Positions 32,379 to 43,890 of a DNA stretch of 64,000 nucleotides are shown here, in pieces. Positions within the stretch are counted from its first letter, which is position 1. Every line of letters starts with the position of its first letter. Under the pieces are notes generated by a model. That model made no database searches. It was not told the DNA's origin and was given only the letters and a program-made list of their open reading frames with translations. Source of the stretch: Escherichia coli (GTDB taxonomy: Bacteria; Pseudomonadota; Gammaproteobacteria; Enterobacterales; Enterobacteriaceae); the NCBI RefSeq assembly GCF_001677475.2, contig NZ_CP015229.1. One strand, written 5' to 3'. The position numbers were made by a program, and so were the translations under genes.

Positions 32379-35300
32379 ATGACTATGTTCCAGTATTACA
32401 AACGATCACGGCATTTTGTTTTTTCAGCATTTATTGCTTTTGTTTTTGTCTTGTTATGCCAGAACACGGCGTTTGCGCGGGCGTCATCGAATGGTGATTT
32501 ACCGACAAAAGCGGACCTGCAGGCGCAACTTGACTCACTAAATAAACAAAAAGATCTTTCTGCTCAGGACAAACTAGTGCAGCAGGATCTGACAGATACA
32601 TTAGCCACCCTCGATAAAATCGATCGCGTAAAAGAAGAGACAGTTCAGCTACGGCAAAAAGTCGCTGAAGCGCCGGAAAAAATGCGTCAGGCGACCGCAG
32701 CGTTAACAGCACTTAGCGATGTCGATAACGACGAAGAAACTCGCAAAATTCTGAGTACGCTTTCGTTGCGCCAGCTGGAAACTCGCGTTGCCCAAGCGCT
32801 GGACGATTTGCAGAACGCACAAAACGATCTGGCGTCTTATAACAGCCAGCTGGTTTCGTTACAGACGCAGCCCGAACGCGTGCAAAATGCGATGTATAAC
32901 GCTTCGCAGCAGCTGCAACAAATTCGCAGTCGTCTGGATGGGACTGATGTCGGCGAGACTGCCTTACGTCCCAGCCAGAAAGTGTTAATGCAGGCCCAGC
33001 AGGCGTTGCTGAATGCGGAGATTGACCAGCAGCGTAAAAGCCTGGAAGGGAATACCGTCTTGCAGGATACCTTGCAAAAGCAACGTGATTACGTGACGGC
33101 GAACAGCGCCCGTCTGGAGCACCAGTTACAACTGTTGCAAGAAGCGGTAAACAGCAAGCGCCTGACTTTAACCGAAAAAACGGCGCAGGAGGCCGTCTCC
33201 CCGGATGAAGCCGCGCGTATTCAGGCTAATCCGCTGGTGAAGCAGGAACTGGAAATTAACCAGCAGTTAAGTCAGCGTCTGATTACCGCGACTGAAAACG
33301 GTAATCAGTTGATGCAGCAAAACATTAAAGTCAAAAACTGGCTGGAGCGGGCGCTTCAATCGGAACGCAATATTAAAGAGCAGATTGCCGTCCTGAAGGG
33401 CAGCCTGCTGTTGTCTCGTATCCTTTACCAGCAACAACAAACGCTGCCCTCGGCGGATGAACTGGAAAACATGACCAACCGCATCGCGGATTTGCGTCTC
33501 GAACAGTTTGAAGTTAACCAGCAGCGTGATGCACTCTTCCAGAGCGATGCGTTCGTCAACAAACTGGAAGAAGGTCACACCAACGAAGTCAACAGCGAAG
33601 TTCACGATGCGTTATTGCAAGTAGTTGATATGCGTCGCGAATTGCTGGATCAGCTTAACAAACAGTTGGGTAACCAATTGATGATGGCCATTAACCTGCA
33701 AATCAACCAGCAGCAGTTAATGAGTGTGTCGAAAAACCTGAAATCCATCCTGACTCAGCAAATCTTTTGGGTGAACAGTAACCGTCCAATGGACTGGGAC
33801 TGGATCAAAGCGTTCCCGCAAAGCCTGAAAGATGAATTTAAGTCGATGAAAATCACGGTGAACTGGGAAAAAGCCTGGCCTGCCGTTTTTATCGCTTTCC
33901 TCGCCGGTTTGCCGCTGCTGTTGATTGCCGGGCTGATCCACTGGCGTCTGGGCTGGCTGAAAGCGTATCAACAAAAACTGGCTTCCGCTGTGGGTTCCCT
34001 GCGTAACGACAGCCAGCTCAACACACCAAAAGCGATCCTTATCGACCTGATCCGTGCGCTGCCGGTGTGCCTGATTATTCTCGCGGTTGGCCTGATTCTG
34101 TTGACCATGCAGCTCAACATCAGCGAACTGCTATGGTCGTTCAGTAAAAAACTGGCGATTTTCTGGCTGGTGTTTGGCCTGTGCTGGAAAGTGTTGGAGA
34201 AAAACGGCGTTGCCGTGCGTCACTTTGGTATGCCTGAACAGCAGACCAGCCACTGGCGTCGGCAAATTGTCCGCATCAGTCTCGCATTGCTGCCTATCCA
34301 TTTCTGGTCTGTGGTGGCAGAACTTTCCCCGCTGCATCTGATGGATGATGTGTTGGGGCAGGCGATGATTTTCTTCAACCTGCTGCTGATTGCCTTCCTG
34401 GTATGGCCGATGTGCCGCGAAAGCTGGCGTGATAAAGAGTCGCATACCATGCGACTGGTCACCATTACCGTGCTGTCGATTATCCCGATTGCGTTGATGG
34501 TGCTGACCGCCACGGGTTATTTCTACACCACGCTGCGCCTCTCAGGGCGTTGGATTGAAACCGTTTATTTGGTGATCATCTGGAACCTGCTGTACCAGAC
34601 GGTATTGCGCGGCTTAAGCGTAGCGGCGCGGCGTATCGCCTGGCGTCGTGCGCTGGCGCGTCGGCAGAATCTGGTGAAAGAGGGCGCAGAAGGTGCTGAA
34701 CCGCCGGAAGAACCCACCATTGCACTGGAGCAGGTTAACCAGCAGACGCTGCGTATTACCATGTTGCTGATGTTTGCGCTGTTCGGTGTCATGTTCTGGG
34801 CGATTTGGTCCGATTTGATCACCGTGTTCAGCTATCTCGACAGCATTACGCTCTGGCATTACAACGGCACTGAAGCTGGCGCTGCGGTGGTGAAAAACGT
34901 CACCATGGGCAGTCTGTTGTTTGCGATTATCGCCTCAATGGTAGCCTGGGCGTTAATTCGCAACCTGCCTGGTTTGCTGGAAGTGTTGGTGCTCTCGCGC
35001 CTGAACATGCGCCAGGGCGCGTCGTATGCCATTACTACCATCCTTAACTACATCATTATTGCCGTTGGTGCGATGACGGTGTTCGGATCGCTGGGCGTCT
35101 CTTGGGATAAACTCCAGTGGCTGGCAGCAGCATTATCCGTAGGTCTTGGTTTTGGTTTACAAGAGATCTTCGGTAACTTCGTCTCCGGTTTGATCATTCT
35201 GTTCGAACGTCCGGTACGCATTGGCGATACGGTAACCATTGGTAGCTTCTCGGGGACGGTAAGTAAGATTCGTATTCGTGCGACAACGATTACCGATTTC

Positions 35301-35741
35301 GATCGCAAAGAAGTGATCATCCCGAACAAAGCGTTTGTTACCGAGCGTCTGATCAACTGGTCGTTGACTGACACTACTACGCGTCTGGTGATCCGTCTCG
35401 GCGTGGCCTATGGCTCCGATCTGGAAAAAGTGCGTAAAGTATTACTGAAGGCGGCGACTGAGCACCCAAGGGTGATGCACGAACCAATGCCGGAAGTCTT
35501 CTTTACGGCGTTTGGTGCCAGCACGTTGGATCATGAGCTGCGTCTGTATGTGCGTGAACTGCGTGACCGTAGCCGTACTGTCGATGAGCTGAACCGTACT
35601 ATCGATCAGCTGTGCCGTGAAAACGACATCAATATTGCCTTTAACCAGCTTGAAGTGCATCTGCACAACGAGAAGGGCGATGAGGTGACGGAAGTCAAAC
35701 GCGACTACAAAGGCGACGATCCGACGCCAGCGGTAGGGTAA
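32379..35741 (+). CDS. mscK: potassium-dependent mechanosensitive channel MscK (1120 aa)
   Basis: signal peptide, long periplasmic coiled-coil region, TM domain and MscS-like C-terminus; matches E. coli MscK/KefA. Confidence 0.97.
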   Translation: MTMFQYYKRSRHFVFSAFIAFVFVLLCQNTAFARASSNGDLPTKADLQAQLDSLNKQKDLSAQDKLVQQDLTDTLATLDKIDRVKEETVQLRQKVAEAPEKMRQATAALTALSDVDNDEETRKILSTLSLRQLETRVAQALDDLQNAQNDLASYNSQLVSLQTQPERVQNAMYNASQQLQQIRSRLDGTDVGETALRPSQKVLMQAQQALLNAEIDQQRKSLEGNTVLQDTLQKQRDYVTANSARLEHQLQLLQEAVNSKRLTLTEKTAQEAVSPDEAARIQANPLVKQELEINQQLSQRLITATENGNQLMQQNIKVKNWLERALQSERNIKEQIAVLKGSLLLSRILYQQQQTLPSADELENMTNRIADLRLEQFEVNQQRDALFQSDAFVNKLEEGHTNEVNSEVHDALLQVVDMRRELLDQLNKQLGNQLMMAINLQINQQQLMSVSKNLKSILTQQIFWVNSNRPMDWDWIKAFPQSLKDEFKSMKITVNWEKAWPAVFIAFLAGLPLLLIAGLIHWRLGWLKAYQQKLASAVGSLRNDSQLNTPKAILIDLIRALPVCLIILAVGLILLTMQLNISELLWSFSKKLAIFWLVFGLCWKVLEKNGVAVRHFGMPEQQTSHWRRQIVRISLALLPIHFWSVVAELSPLHLMDDVLGQAMIFFNLLLIAFLVWPMCRESWRDKESHTMRLVTITVLSIIPIALMVLTATGYFYTTLRLSGRWIETVYLVIIWNLLYQTVLRGLSVAARRIAWRRALARRQNLVKEGAEGAEPPEEPTIALEQVNQQTLRITMLLMFALFGVMFWAIWSDLITVFSYLDSITLWHYNGTEAGAAVVKNVTMGSLLFAIIASMVAWALIRNLPGLLEVLVLSRLNMRQGASYAITTILNYIIIAVGAMTVFGSLGVSWDKLQWLAAALSVGLGFGLQEIFGNFVSGLIILFERPVRIGDTVTIGSFSGTVSKIRIRATTITDFDRKEVIIPNKAFVTERLINWSLTDTTTRLVIRLGVAYGSDLEKVRKVLLKAATEHPRVMHEPMPEVFFTAFGASTLDHELRLYVRELRDRSRTVDELNRTIDQLCRENDINIAFNQLEVHLHNEKGDEVTEVKRDYKGDDPTPAVG

Positions 35742-35800
35742 AAACGAAAGGGGCGACATTTAGTTGCCCCGAGATTACTGACAAAGTGCGCGTTGTTCAT

Positions 35801-35898
35801 GCCGGATGCGGCGTGACCGCCTTATCCGGCCTACGAAACGGCAAGAATTCAATATATTGCAGGAGCGGTGTAGGCCTGATAAGCGTAGCGCATCAGGC
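35801..35898. repeat. REP/BIME cluster (two inverted REP units) between mscK and ybaM
   Basis: GCCGGATGCGGCGTGACCGCCTTATCCGGCCTAC and GTAGGCCTGATAAGCGTAGCGCATCAGGC. Confidence 0.85.
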
Positions 35899-35951
35899 AG
35901 TTTTGCGTTTGCCCGCAACCTTAGGGGACATTTAGCGACCCCATTTATTTC

Positions 35952-36113
35952 TCACTTTTCCGCCTCATCATCGCGCGTTAATTTCTTTTCATAATCGCGT
36001 TTTACAATATCCAGCGCGCGCAGCACGGTGCGCGCTGGGATCTGATTTTCTTCCAGCAGCACAATCAAATCGACAGCCAGTTTGACATCGTCAGGGGCAT
36101 TTTCCAGTGACAT
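35952..36113 (-). CDS. ybaM: small protein YbaM, DUF2496 (53 aa)
   Basis: not in the supplied ORF track (under 60 aa); hand translation of minus strand gives [53 protein letters not shown] with RBS GGAGAAAG. Confidence 0.85.
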   Translation of the reverse strand: MSLENAPDDVKLAVDLIVLLEENQIPARTVLRALDIVKRDYEKKLTRDDEAEK

Positions 36114-36126
36114 ACTTTCTCCATTG

Positions 36127-36654
36127 CTAGCGGGTTAAACGCGCTAGCCTGTTTTCGATTTTATCCAGCGCATGGCGGCAGCGTGCCAGGCGCGCTTCAT
36201 AGGCTTCCACTTCACGATGCAGCGTTTGCTGTTCCACGAGATCGGTCACCCGCGCCAGGCGGGCTCGACGTTCGGCTACCATCTCACGTAGCCGCCGCTC
36301 AAAATCCTGATGCTGAATACGTTTACGCTGCCAGCGGGCAATTTTCGGTGGCGCACTGTCCCACTCGCGTAGCGACCAGGCTGTGGCTTCACGCGCTATA
36401 GCCTCCAGTTGCGCCGCCAGATGTTCTGCCAGCCAGGCGACTTGCGGCAGTTGCTGTTGCTCAACGGCATGACGAAGCGCAGCCAGATTATCGCCCGCCT
36501 CATCGAGACAAGCCTGCAGTGTTGTCGCACGAGTCTGAAAAAGGTGCCTGTCAAAACGGGCACTTAGCGTGGCAAATTGCGCTACCGGGGCACAACGCTG
36601 ACGCAGCGTGGCGAGCTGTCCTTCCAGTTTTTCCAGCAGCAGGGCGGTTTTCAC
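36127..36654 (-). CDS. priC: primosomal replication protein N'' PriC (175 aa)
   Basis: [30 protein letters not shown]... matches E. coli PriC. Confidence 0.96.
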   Translation of the reverse strand: MKTALLLEKLEGQLATLRQRCAPVAQFATLSARFDRHLFQTRATTLQACLDEAGDNLAALRHAVEQQQLPQVAWLAEHLAAQLEAIAREATAWSLREWDSAPPKIARWQRKRIQHQDFERRLREMVAERRARLARVTDLVEQQTLHREVEAYEARLARCRHALDKIENRLARLTR

Positions 36655-36723
36655 GATAAGACCTCAATGAAAATGATAATTGTTATGCTAAAGTAGCAAC
36701 TCTGTAAGCTGACAACACTCAAT

Positions 36724-37101
36724 ATGCAACGAATCATTTTAATCATCATTGGCTGGCTGGCGGTAGTGCTGGGTACGCTGGGCGTGGTATTACCGGTATT
36801 ACCGACGACGCCGTTTATCCTGCTGGCGGCCTGGTGCTTTGCCCGTTCTTCCCCGCGCTTTCACGCCTGGTTGCTGTACCGCTCATGGTTTGGCAGCTAT
36901 CTACGTTTCTGGCAGAAACATCATGCGATGCCGCGCGGCGTCAAACCGCGGGCGATTTTGCTTATTTTGCTCACGTTTGCCATTTCTCTGTGGTTCGTCC
37001 AGATGCCATGGGTGCGCATCATGTTGCTGGTAATTCTCGCCTGTTTGCTTTTCTATATGTGGCGAATTCCGGTGATTGATGAAAAGCAAGAAAAGCACTG
37101 A
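36724..37101 (+). CDS. ybaN: inner membrane protein YbaN, DUF454 (125 aa)
   Basis: [51 protein letters not shown]... matches E. coli YbaN. Confidence 0.95.
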
Positions 37102-37253
37102 AGCACAACAATCGCAGTTGCAATTATTGCGTACAGCCAGTACATTCTGGCGTTTTCGAGCACAGGCGCAGGCGGTCAAAGGTTAAACAACTGTTACTTT
37201 TGATACGTTTAAAACGCGCCGTGAGTACCACCGTAACAAGCAGGCATACACTT

Positions 37254-37805
37254 ATGACCGCGACTGCACAGCAGCTTGAGTATCTCAAAAATAGCATCAA
37301 AAGCATTCAGGACTACCCAAAACCCGGCATTCTTTTCCGCGATGTCACCAGCTTACTGGAAGACCCGAAAGCTTACGCTCTCAGCATCGACTTGCTGGTT
37401 GAGCGTTACAAAAATGCGGGCATTACCAAAGTTGTCGGCACCGAAGCGCGTGGCTTCTTGTTTGGCGCTCCGGTAGCTCTGGGTCTGGGCGTTGGCTTTG
37501 TACCTGTCCGTAAACCGGGCAAACTGCCGCGTGAAACTATCAGTGAAACTTACGATCTGGAATACGGCACCGATCAGCTGGAGATCCACGTTGATGCCAT
37601 CAAACCGGGCGACAAAGTTCTGGTGGTGGACGATCTGCTGGCAACCGGCGGCACTATCGAAGCGACCGTTAAACTGATCCGTCGTCTGGGTGGTGAAGTG
37701 GCTGACGCTGCGTTCATTATCAATCTGTTCGATCTCGGCGGCGAACAGCGTCTCGAAAAACAGGGCATTACCAGCTACAGCCTTGTCCCGTTCCCGGGCC
37801 ATTAA
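37254..37805 (+). CDS. apt: adenine phosphoribosyltransferase (183 aa)
   Basis: ORF 37200..37805; start ATG 37254 ([30 protein letters not shown]); PRPP-binding [13 protein letters not shown]. Confidence 0.97.
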
Positions 37806-37933
37806 TTATCGCCAGTCTTGTGCTGCCCACGCTACGGACAGCACAAGATGTGCATTCAGCCTCGCCGTTCTGACGGGGCTGTGTTAGCATTACCCCTTCG
37901 TGAATCCACCTTCCAGCGTTTCAGAGCCTGCCA

Positions 37934-39865
37934 ATGAGTTATCAGGTCTTAGCCCGAAAATGGCGCCCACAAACCTTTGCTGACGTCGTCGGCCAGGAAC
38001 ATGTGCTGACCGCACTGGCGAACGGCTTGTCGTTAGGGCGTATTCATCATGCTTATCTTTTTTCCGGTACCCGTGGCGTCGGAAAAACCTCTATCGCCCG
38101 ACTGCTGGCGAAGGGGCTAAACTGCGAAACCGGCATTACCGCGACGCCGTGCGGCGTGTGCGATAACTGTCGTGAAATCGAGCAGGGGCGCTTTGTCGAT
38201 CTGATTGAAATCGACGCCGCCTCGCGCACTAAAGTTGAAGACACTCGCGACCTGCTGGATAACGTCCAGTACGCTCCGGCGCGTGGTCGTTTCAAAGTTT
38301 ATCTGATCGACGAAGTGCATATGCTGTCGCGCCACAGCTTTAACGCACTGTTAAAAACCCTTGAAGAGCCGCCGGAGCACGTTAAGTTTCTGCTGGCGAC
38401 GACCGATCCGCAGAAATTGCCGGTGACGATTTTGTCGCGCTGTCTGCAATTCCATCTCAAGGCGCTGGATGTCGAGCAAATTCGCCATCAGCTTGAGCAC
38501 ATCCTCAACGAAGAACATATCGCTCATGAGCCGCGGGCGCTGCAATTGCTGGCACGCGCCGCTGAAGGCAGCCTGCGAGATGCCTTAAGTCTGACCGACC
38601 AGGCGATTGCCAGCGGTGACGGCCAGGTTTCAACTCAGGCGGTCAGTGCGATGCTGGGTACGCTTGACGACGATCAGGCGCTGTCGCTGGTTGAAGCGAT
38701 GGTCGAGGCCAACGGCGAGCGCGTAATGGCACTGATTAATGAAGCCGCTGCCCGTGGTATCGAGTGGGAAGCGTTGCTGGTGGAAATGCTCAGCCTGTTG
38801 CATCGTATTGCGATGGTACAACTTTCGCCTGCTGCACTTGGCAACGACATGGCCGCCATCGAGCTGCGGATGCGTGAACTGGCGCGCACCATACCGCCGA
38901 CGGATATTCAGCTTTACTATCAGACGCTGTTGATTGGTCGCAAAGAATTACCGTATGCGCCGGACCGCCGTATGGGCGTTGAGATGACGCTGCTGCGCGC
39001 GCTGGCGTTCCATCCACGTATGCCTCTGCCTGAGCCAGAAGTGCCACGCCAGTCCTTTGCGCCCGTCGCGCCAACGGCAGTAATGACGCCAACCCAGGTG
39101 CCGCCGCAACCGCAATCAGCGCCGCAGCAGGCACCGACTGTACCGCTCCCGGAAACCACCAGCCAGGTGCTGGCGGCGCGCCAGCAGTTGCAGCGCGTGC
39201 AGGGAGCAACCAAAGCAAAAAAGAGTGAACCGGCAGCCGCTACCCGCGCGCGGCCGGTGAATAACGCTGCGCTGGAAAGACTGGCTTCGGTCACAGATCG
39301 CGTTCAGGCGCGTCCGGTGCCATCGGCGCTGGAAAAAGCGCCAGCCAAAAAAGAAGCGTATCGCTGGAAGGCTACCACTCCAGTGATGCAGCAAAAAGAA
39401 GTGGTCGCCACGCCGAAGGCGCTGAAAAAAGCGCTGGAACATGAAAAAACGCCGGAACTGGCGGCGAAGCTGGCGGCAGAAGCCATTGAGCGCGACCCGT
39501 GGGCGGCTCAGGTTAGCCAACTTTCGCTACCAAAACTGGTCGAACAGGTGGCCTTAAATGCCTGGAAAGAGGAGAGCGACAACGCAGTATGTCTGCATTT
39601 GCGCTCCTCTCAGCGGCATTTGAACAACCGCGGTGCACAGCAAAAACTGGCTGAAGCGTTGAGCACGTTAAAAGGTTCAACGGTTGAACTGACTATCGTT
39701 GAAGATGATAATCCCGCGGTGCGTACGCCGCTGGAGTGGCGTCAGGCGATATACGAAGAAAAACTTGCGCAGGCGCGCGAGTCCATTATTGCGGATAATA
39801 ATATTCAGACCCTGCGTCGATTCTTCGATGCGGAGCTGGATGAAGACAGTATCCGCCCCATTTGA
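37934..39865 (+). CDS. dnaX: DNA polymerase III subunits tau (full length, 643 aa) and gamma (by frameshift)
   Basis: MSYQVLARKWRPQTFADVVGQEHVLTAL... Walker A GTRGVGKTS; matches E. coli DnaX. Confidence 0.98.
   Translation: MSYQVLARKWRPQTFADVVGQEHVLTALANGLSLGRIHHAYLFSGTRGVGKTSIARLLAKGLNCETGITATPCGVCDNCREIEQGRFVDLIEIDAASRTKVEDTRDLLDNVQYAPARGRFKVYLIDEVHMLSRHSFNALLKTLEEPPEHVKFLLATTDPQKLPVTILSRCLQFHLKALDVEQIRHQLEHILNEEHIAHEPRALQLLARAAEGSLRDALSLTDQAIASGDGQVSTQAVSAMLGTLDDDQALSLVEAMVEANGERVMALINEAAARGIEWEALLVEMLSLLHRIAMVQLSPAALGNDMAAIELRMRELARTIPPTDIQLYYQTLLIGRKELPYAPDRRMGVEMTLLRALAFHPRMPLPEPEVPRQSFAPVAPTAVMTPTQVPPQPQSAPQQAPTVPLPETTSQVLAARQQLQRVQGATKAKKSEPAAATRARPVNNAALERLASVTDRVQARPVPSALEKAPAKKEAYRWKATTPVMQQKEVVATPKALKKALEHEKTPELAAKLAAEAIERDPWAAQVSQLSLPKLVEQVALNAWKEESDNAVCLHLRSSQRHLNNRGAQQKLAEALSTLKGSTVELTIVEDDNPAVRTPLEWRQAIYEEKLAQARESIIADNNIQTLRRFFDAELDEDSIRPI
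39217..39260 (+). other. dnaX: dnaX programmed -1 ribosomal frameshift site (slippery A AAA AAG plus downstream stem-loop) producing gamma
   Basis: heptamer AAAAAAG at 39217-39223 in frame (GCA AAA AAG); -1 shift reads GAG then TGA giving a 431-aa product; GC-rich stem-loop ccggcagccgc...gcgcgcggccgg follows. Confidence 0.9.
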
Positions 39866-39902
39866 TCGTAAGCACAGCTTACGTTCGTCATCCTTAACGT
39901 GA

Positions 39903-40246
<344 letters not shown>

Positions 40247-40247
<1 letters not shown>

Positions 40248-40852
40248 TGCAAACCAGCCCGCTGTTAACACAGCTTATGGAAGCACTGCGCTGTCTGCCG
40301 GGCGTTGGCCCGAAGTCGGCGCAGCGTATGGCGTTCACGCTGCTTCAGCGCGATCGTAGCGGCGGGATGCGTCTGGCGCAGGCGCTCACCCGGGCGATGT
40401 CGGAAATCGGCCACTGCGCCGATTGCCGCACTTTCACCGAACAGGAAGTCTGTAACATCTGTTCGAATCCGCGTCGTCAGGAAAACGGTCAAATCTGCGT
40501 GGTGGAGAGTCCGGCGGACATTTACGCCATTGAGCAGACGGGGCAGTTTTCAGGTCGTTATTTTGTGTTGATGGGGCATCTGTCACCGCTGGACGGCATC
40601 GGTCCGGATGATATCGGCCTTGATCGTCTGGAACAGCGTCTGGCAGAGGAAAAAATCACTGAAGTGATCCTCGCCACCAACCCCACGGTTGAAGGTGAAG
40701 CTACCGCTAACTACATTGCCGAGCTTTGCGCGCAATATGACGTGGAAGCCAGCCGAATCGCTCATGGCGTACCGGTTGGCGGCGAGCTGGAAATGGTCGA
40801 TGGCACCACGCTGTCACACTCCCTTGCCGGGCGTCATAAGATTCGTTTTTAA
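40247..40852 (+). CDS. recR: recombination protein RecR (201 aa)
   Basis: start ATG overlaps ybaB stop (ATGA); zinc finger C-x2-C...C-x2-C, Toprim domain; matches E. coli RecR. Confidence 0.97.
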
Positions 40853-40881
40853 GCAAACGAGAGCAGGATCACCTGCTCTCG

Positions 40882-40910
40882 CTTGAAATTATTCTCCCTT
40901 GTCCCCATCT
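40882..40910 (+). promoter_or_regulatory. sigma32 heat-shock promoter of htpG
   Basis: CTTGAAA (40882-40888), 14-nt spacer, CCCCATCT (40903-40910). Confidence 0.8.
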
Positions 40911-40961
40911 CTCCCACATCCTGTTTTTAACCTTAAAATGGCATTATTGAGGTAGACCTAC

Positions 40962-42836
40962 ATGAAAGGACAAGAAACTCGTGGTTTTCAGTCAGAAGTG
41001 AAACAGCTTCTGCACCTGATGATCCATTCTCTCTATTCCAATAAAGAAATCTTCCTGCGTGAGCTTATCTCTAACGCCTCCGATGCGGCGGACAAGCTGC
41101 GTTTCCGCGCGCTTTCTAACCCGGACCTGTATGAAGGTGATGGTGAACTACGCGTTCGTGTCTCTTTCGATAAAGACAAGCGCACGCTGACCATCTCCGA
41201 TAACGGCGTGGGGATGACCCGCGACGAAGTGATTGACCATCTGGGGACTATCGCTAAATCCGGTACCAAATCATTCCTCGAATCCCTGGGTTCTGACCAG
41301 GCGAAAGACAGCCAGCTGATCGGTCAGTTCGGTGTTGGTTTCTACTCTGCGTTTATCGTGGCCGACAAAGTGACCGTGCGTACTCGCGCGGCAGGCGAAA
41401 AACCAGAAAACGGTGTTTTCTGGGAATCGGCTGGTGAAGGTGAATACACCGTTGCCGACATCACCAAAGAAGATCGTGGTACTGAAATCACCCTGCATCT
41501 GCGTGAAGGCGAAGACGAGTTCCTCGATGACTGGCGCGTGCGTTCCATCATCAGCAAATACTCCGACCATATCGCGCTGCCGGTAGAGATCGAAAAACGC
41601 GAAGAGAAAGACGGCGAAACCGTTATCTCCTGGGAGAAAATCAACAAAGCGCAGGCGCTGTGGACTCGTAACAAGTCGGAAATCACCGATGAAGAGTACA
41701 AAGAGTTCTACAAACACATCGCCCACGACTTTAACGATCCGCTGACCTGGAGCCACAACCGTGTTGAAGGTAAGCAGGAGTACACCAGCCTGCTGTACAT
41801 TCCGTCCCAGGCTCCGTGGGATATGTGGAACCGCGATCATAAACATGGCCTGAAACTGTACGTCCAGCGTGTGTTCATCATGGACGACGCAGAACAGTTC
41901 ATGCCGAACTATCTGCGCTTCGTGCGTGGCCTGATTGACTCCAGCGATCTGCCGCTGAACGTTTCCCGTGAAATCCTCCAGGACAGCACGGTAACGCGTA
42001 ACCTGCGCAATGCGCTGACCAAGCGTGTGCTGCAAATGCTGGAAAAACTGGCGAAAGACGACGCGGAAAAATACCAGACCTTCTGGCAACAGTTTGGCCT
42101 GGTACTGAAAGAAGGTCCGGCGGAAGATTTCGCTAACCAGGAAGCGATCGCCAAATTGCTGCGTTTTGCTTCTACCCATACCGATTCTTCTGCGCAGACC
42201 GTGTCTCTGGAAGACTACGTTTCCCGCATGAAAGAAGGGCAGGAGAAAATCTACTACATCACCGCAGACAGCTATGCGGCAGCGAAGAGCAGCCCGCACC
42301 TGGAACTGCTGCGTAAGAAAGGCATCGAAGTTCTGCTGCTTTCCGACCGCATCGATGAGTGGATGATGAACTATCTGACTGAGTTCGACGGTAAACCGTT
42401 CCAGTCGGTGTCTAAAGTTGACGAGTCGCTGGAAAAACTGGCTGACGAAGTTGATGAGAGCGCGAAAGAAGCGGAGAAAGCACTGACTCCGTTCATTGAC
42501 CGTGTGAAAGCTCTGCTCGGCGAGCGCGTGAAAGATGTCCGTCTGACTCACCGTCTGACCGATACGCCAGCGATCGTTTCGACCGACGCGGACGAAATGA
42601 GCACTCAGATGGCGAAACTGTTCGCTGCGGCGGGCCAGAAAGTGCCAGAAGTGAAATATATCTTCGAACTGAACCCGGATCACGTACTGGTGAAACGTGC
42701 GGCAGATACTGAAGATGAAGCCAAGTTCAGCGAGTGGGTAGAACTGCTGCTGGATCAGGCGCTGCTGGCAGAGCGCGGTACGCTGGAAGATCCGAACCTG
42801 TTTATTCGCCGTATGAACCAGCTGCTGGTTTCCTGA
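40962..42836 (+). CDS. htpG: chaperone HtpG (Hsp90 family, 624 aa)
   Basis: [42 protein letters not shown]... matches E. coli HtpG. Confidence 0.98.
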   Translation: MKGQETRGFQSEVKQLLHLMIHSLYSNKEIFLRELISNASDAADKLRFRALSNPDLYEGDGELRVRVSFDKDKRTLTISDNGVGMTRDEVIDHLGTIAKSGTKSFLESLGSDQAKDSQLIGQFGVGFYSAFIVADKVTVRTRAAGEKPENGVFWESAGEGEYTVADITKEDRGTEITLHLREGEDEFLDDWRVRSIISKYSDHIALPVEIEKREEKDGETVISWEKINKAQALWTRNKSEITDEEYKEFYKHIAHDFNDPLTWSHNRVEGKQEYTSLLYIPSQAPWDMWNRDHKHGLKLYVQRVFIMDDAEQFMPNYLRFVRGLIDSSDLPLNVSREILQDSTVTRNLRNALTKRVLQMLEKLAKDDAEKYQTFWQQFGLVLKEGPAEDFANQEAIAKLLRFASTHTDSSAQTVSLEDYVSRMKEGQEKIYYITADSYAAAKSSPHLELLRKKGIEVLLLSDRIDEWMMNYLTEFDGKPFQSVSKVDESLEKLADEVDESAKEAEKALTPFIDRVKALLGERVKDVRLTHRLTDTPAIVSTDADEMSTQMAKLFAAAGQKVPEVKYIFELNPDHVLVKRAADTEDEAKFSEWVELLLDQALLAERGTLEDPNLFIRRMNQLLVS

Positions 42837-42842
42837 TGTAAT

Positions 42843-42879
42843 GCCGGATGACCCTCGTGTCATCCGGCATTTTTCTTTT
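42843..42879 (+). terminator. rho-independent terminator after htpG
   Basis: hairpin gccggatgac-cctcgt-gtcatccggc followed by ATTTTTCTTTT. Confidence 0.85.
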
Positions 42880-42944
42880 CATCATCTGTACTTTCCGCAA
42901 ATTATCTCGCCATTAACCGTTTCAGCCCCAGGTGCCTTTCTTGA

Positions 42945-43661
<717 letters not shown>

Positions 43662-43890
43662 TTCGAAAGCGCGCACGGACAGTCCCCTCGCCCCCTCGGG
43701 GAGAGGGTGAGGGGAACAGGCCCGCACAAGCAAACTTATCAGCAATCTCAGGCCGGATATTCATTCGGCCTTTTACAAAAACCTCAATCTGCGCTATTCC
43801 TTTTTCTGATTTGACCTCTCACAGCAATTAGTTCTTCTTCCTCACTTTTCCGCTACAATTATCAACAAGTTGAATCGATAAGAGGCGGTA

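Noticed and set aside
38790-39520. Overlapping alternative-frame ORFs inside dnaX (124-142 aa, minus strand)
   Set aside because: Embedded in the GC-rich, Ala/Pro-rich tau linker region; no RBS or conservation. The only genuine alternative product here is gamma via the -1 frameshift.
41271-42863. 530-aa antisense ORF opposite htpG
   Set aside because: Same phase-locked codon-bias artefact as for tig; htpG is the recognisable conserved gene.
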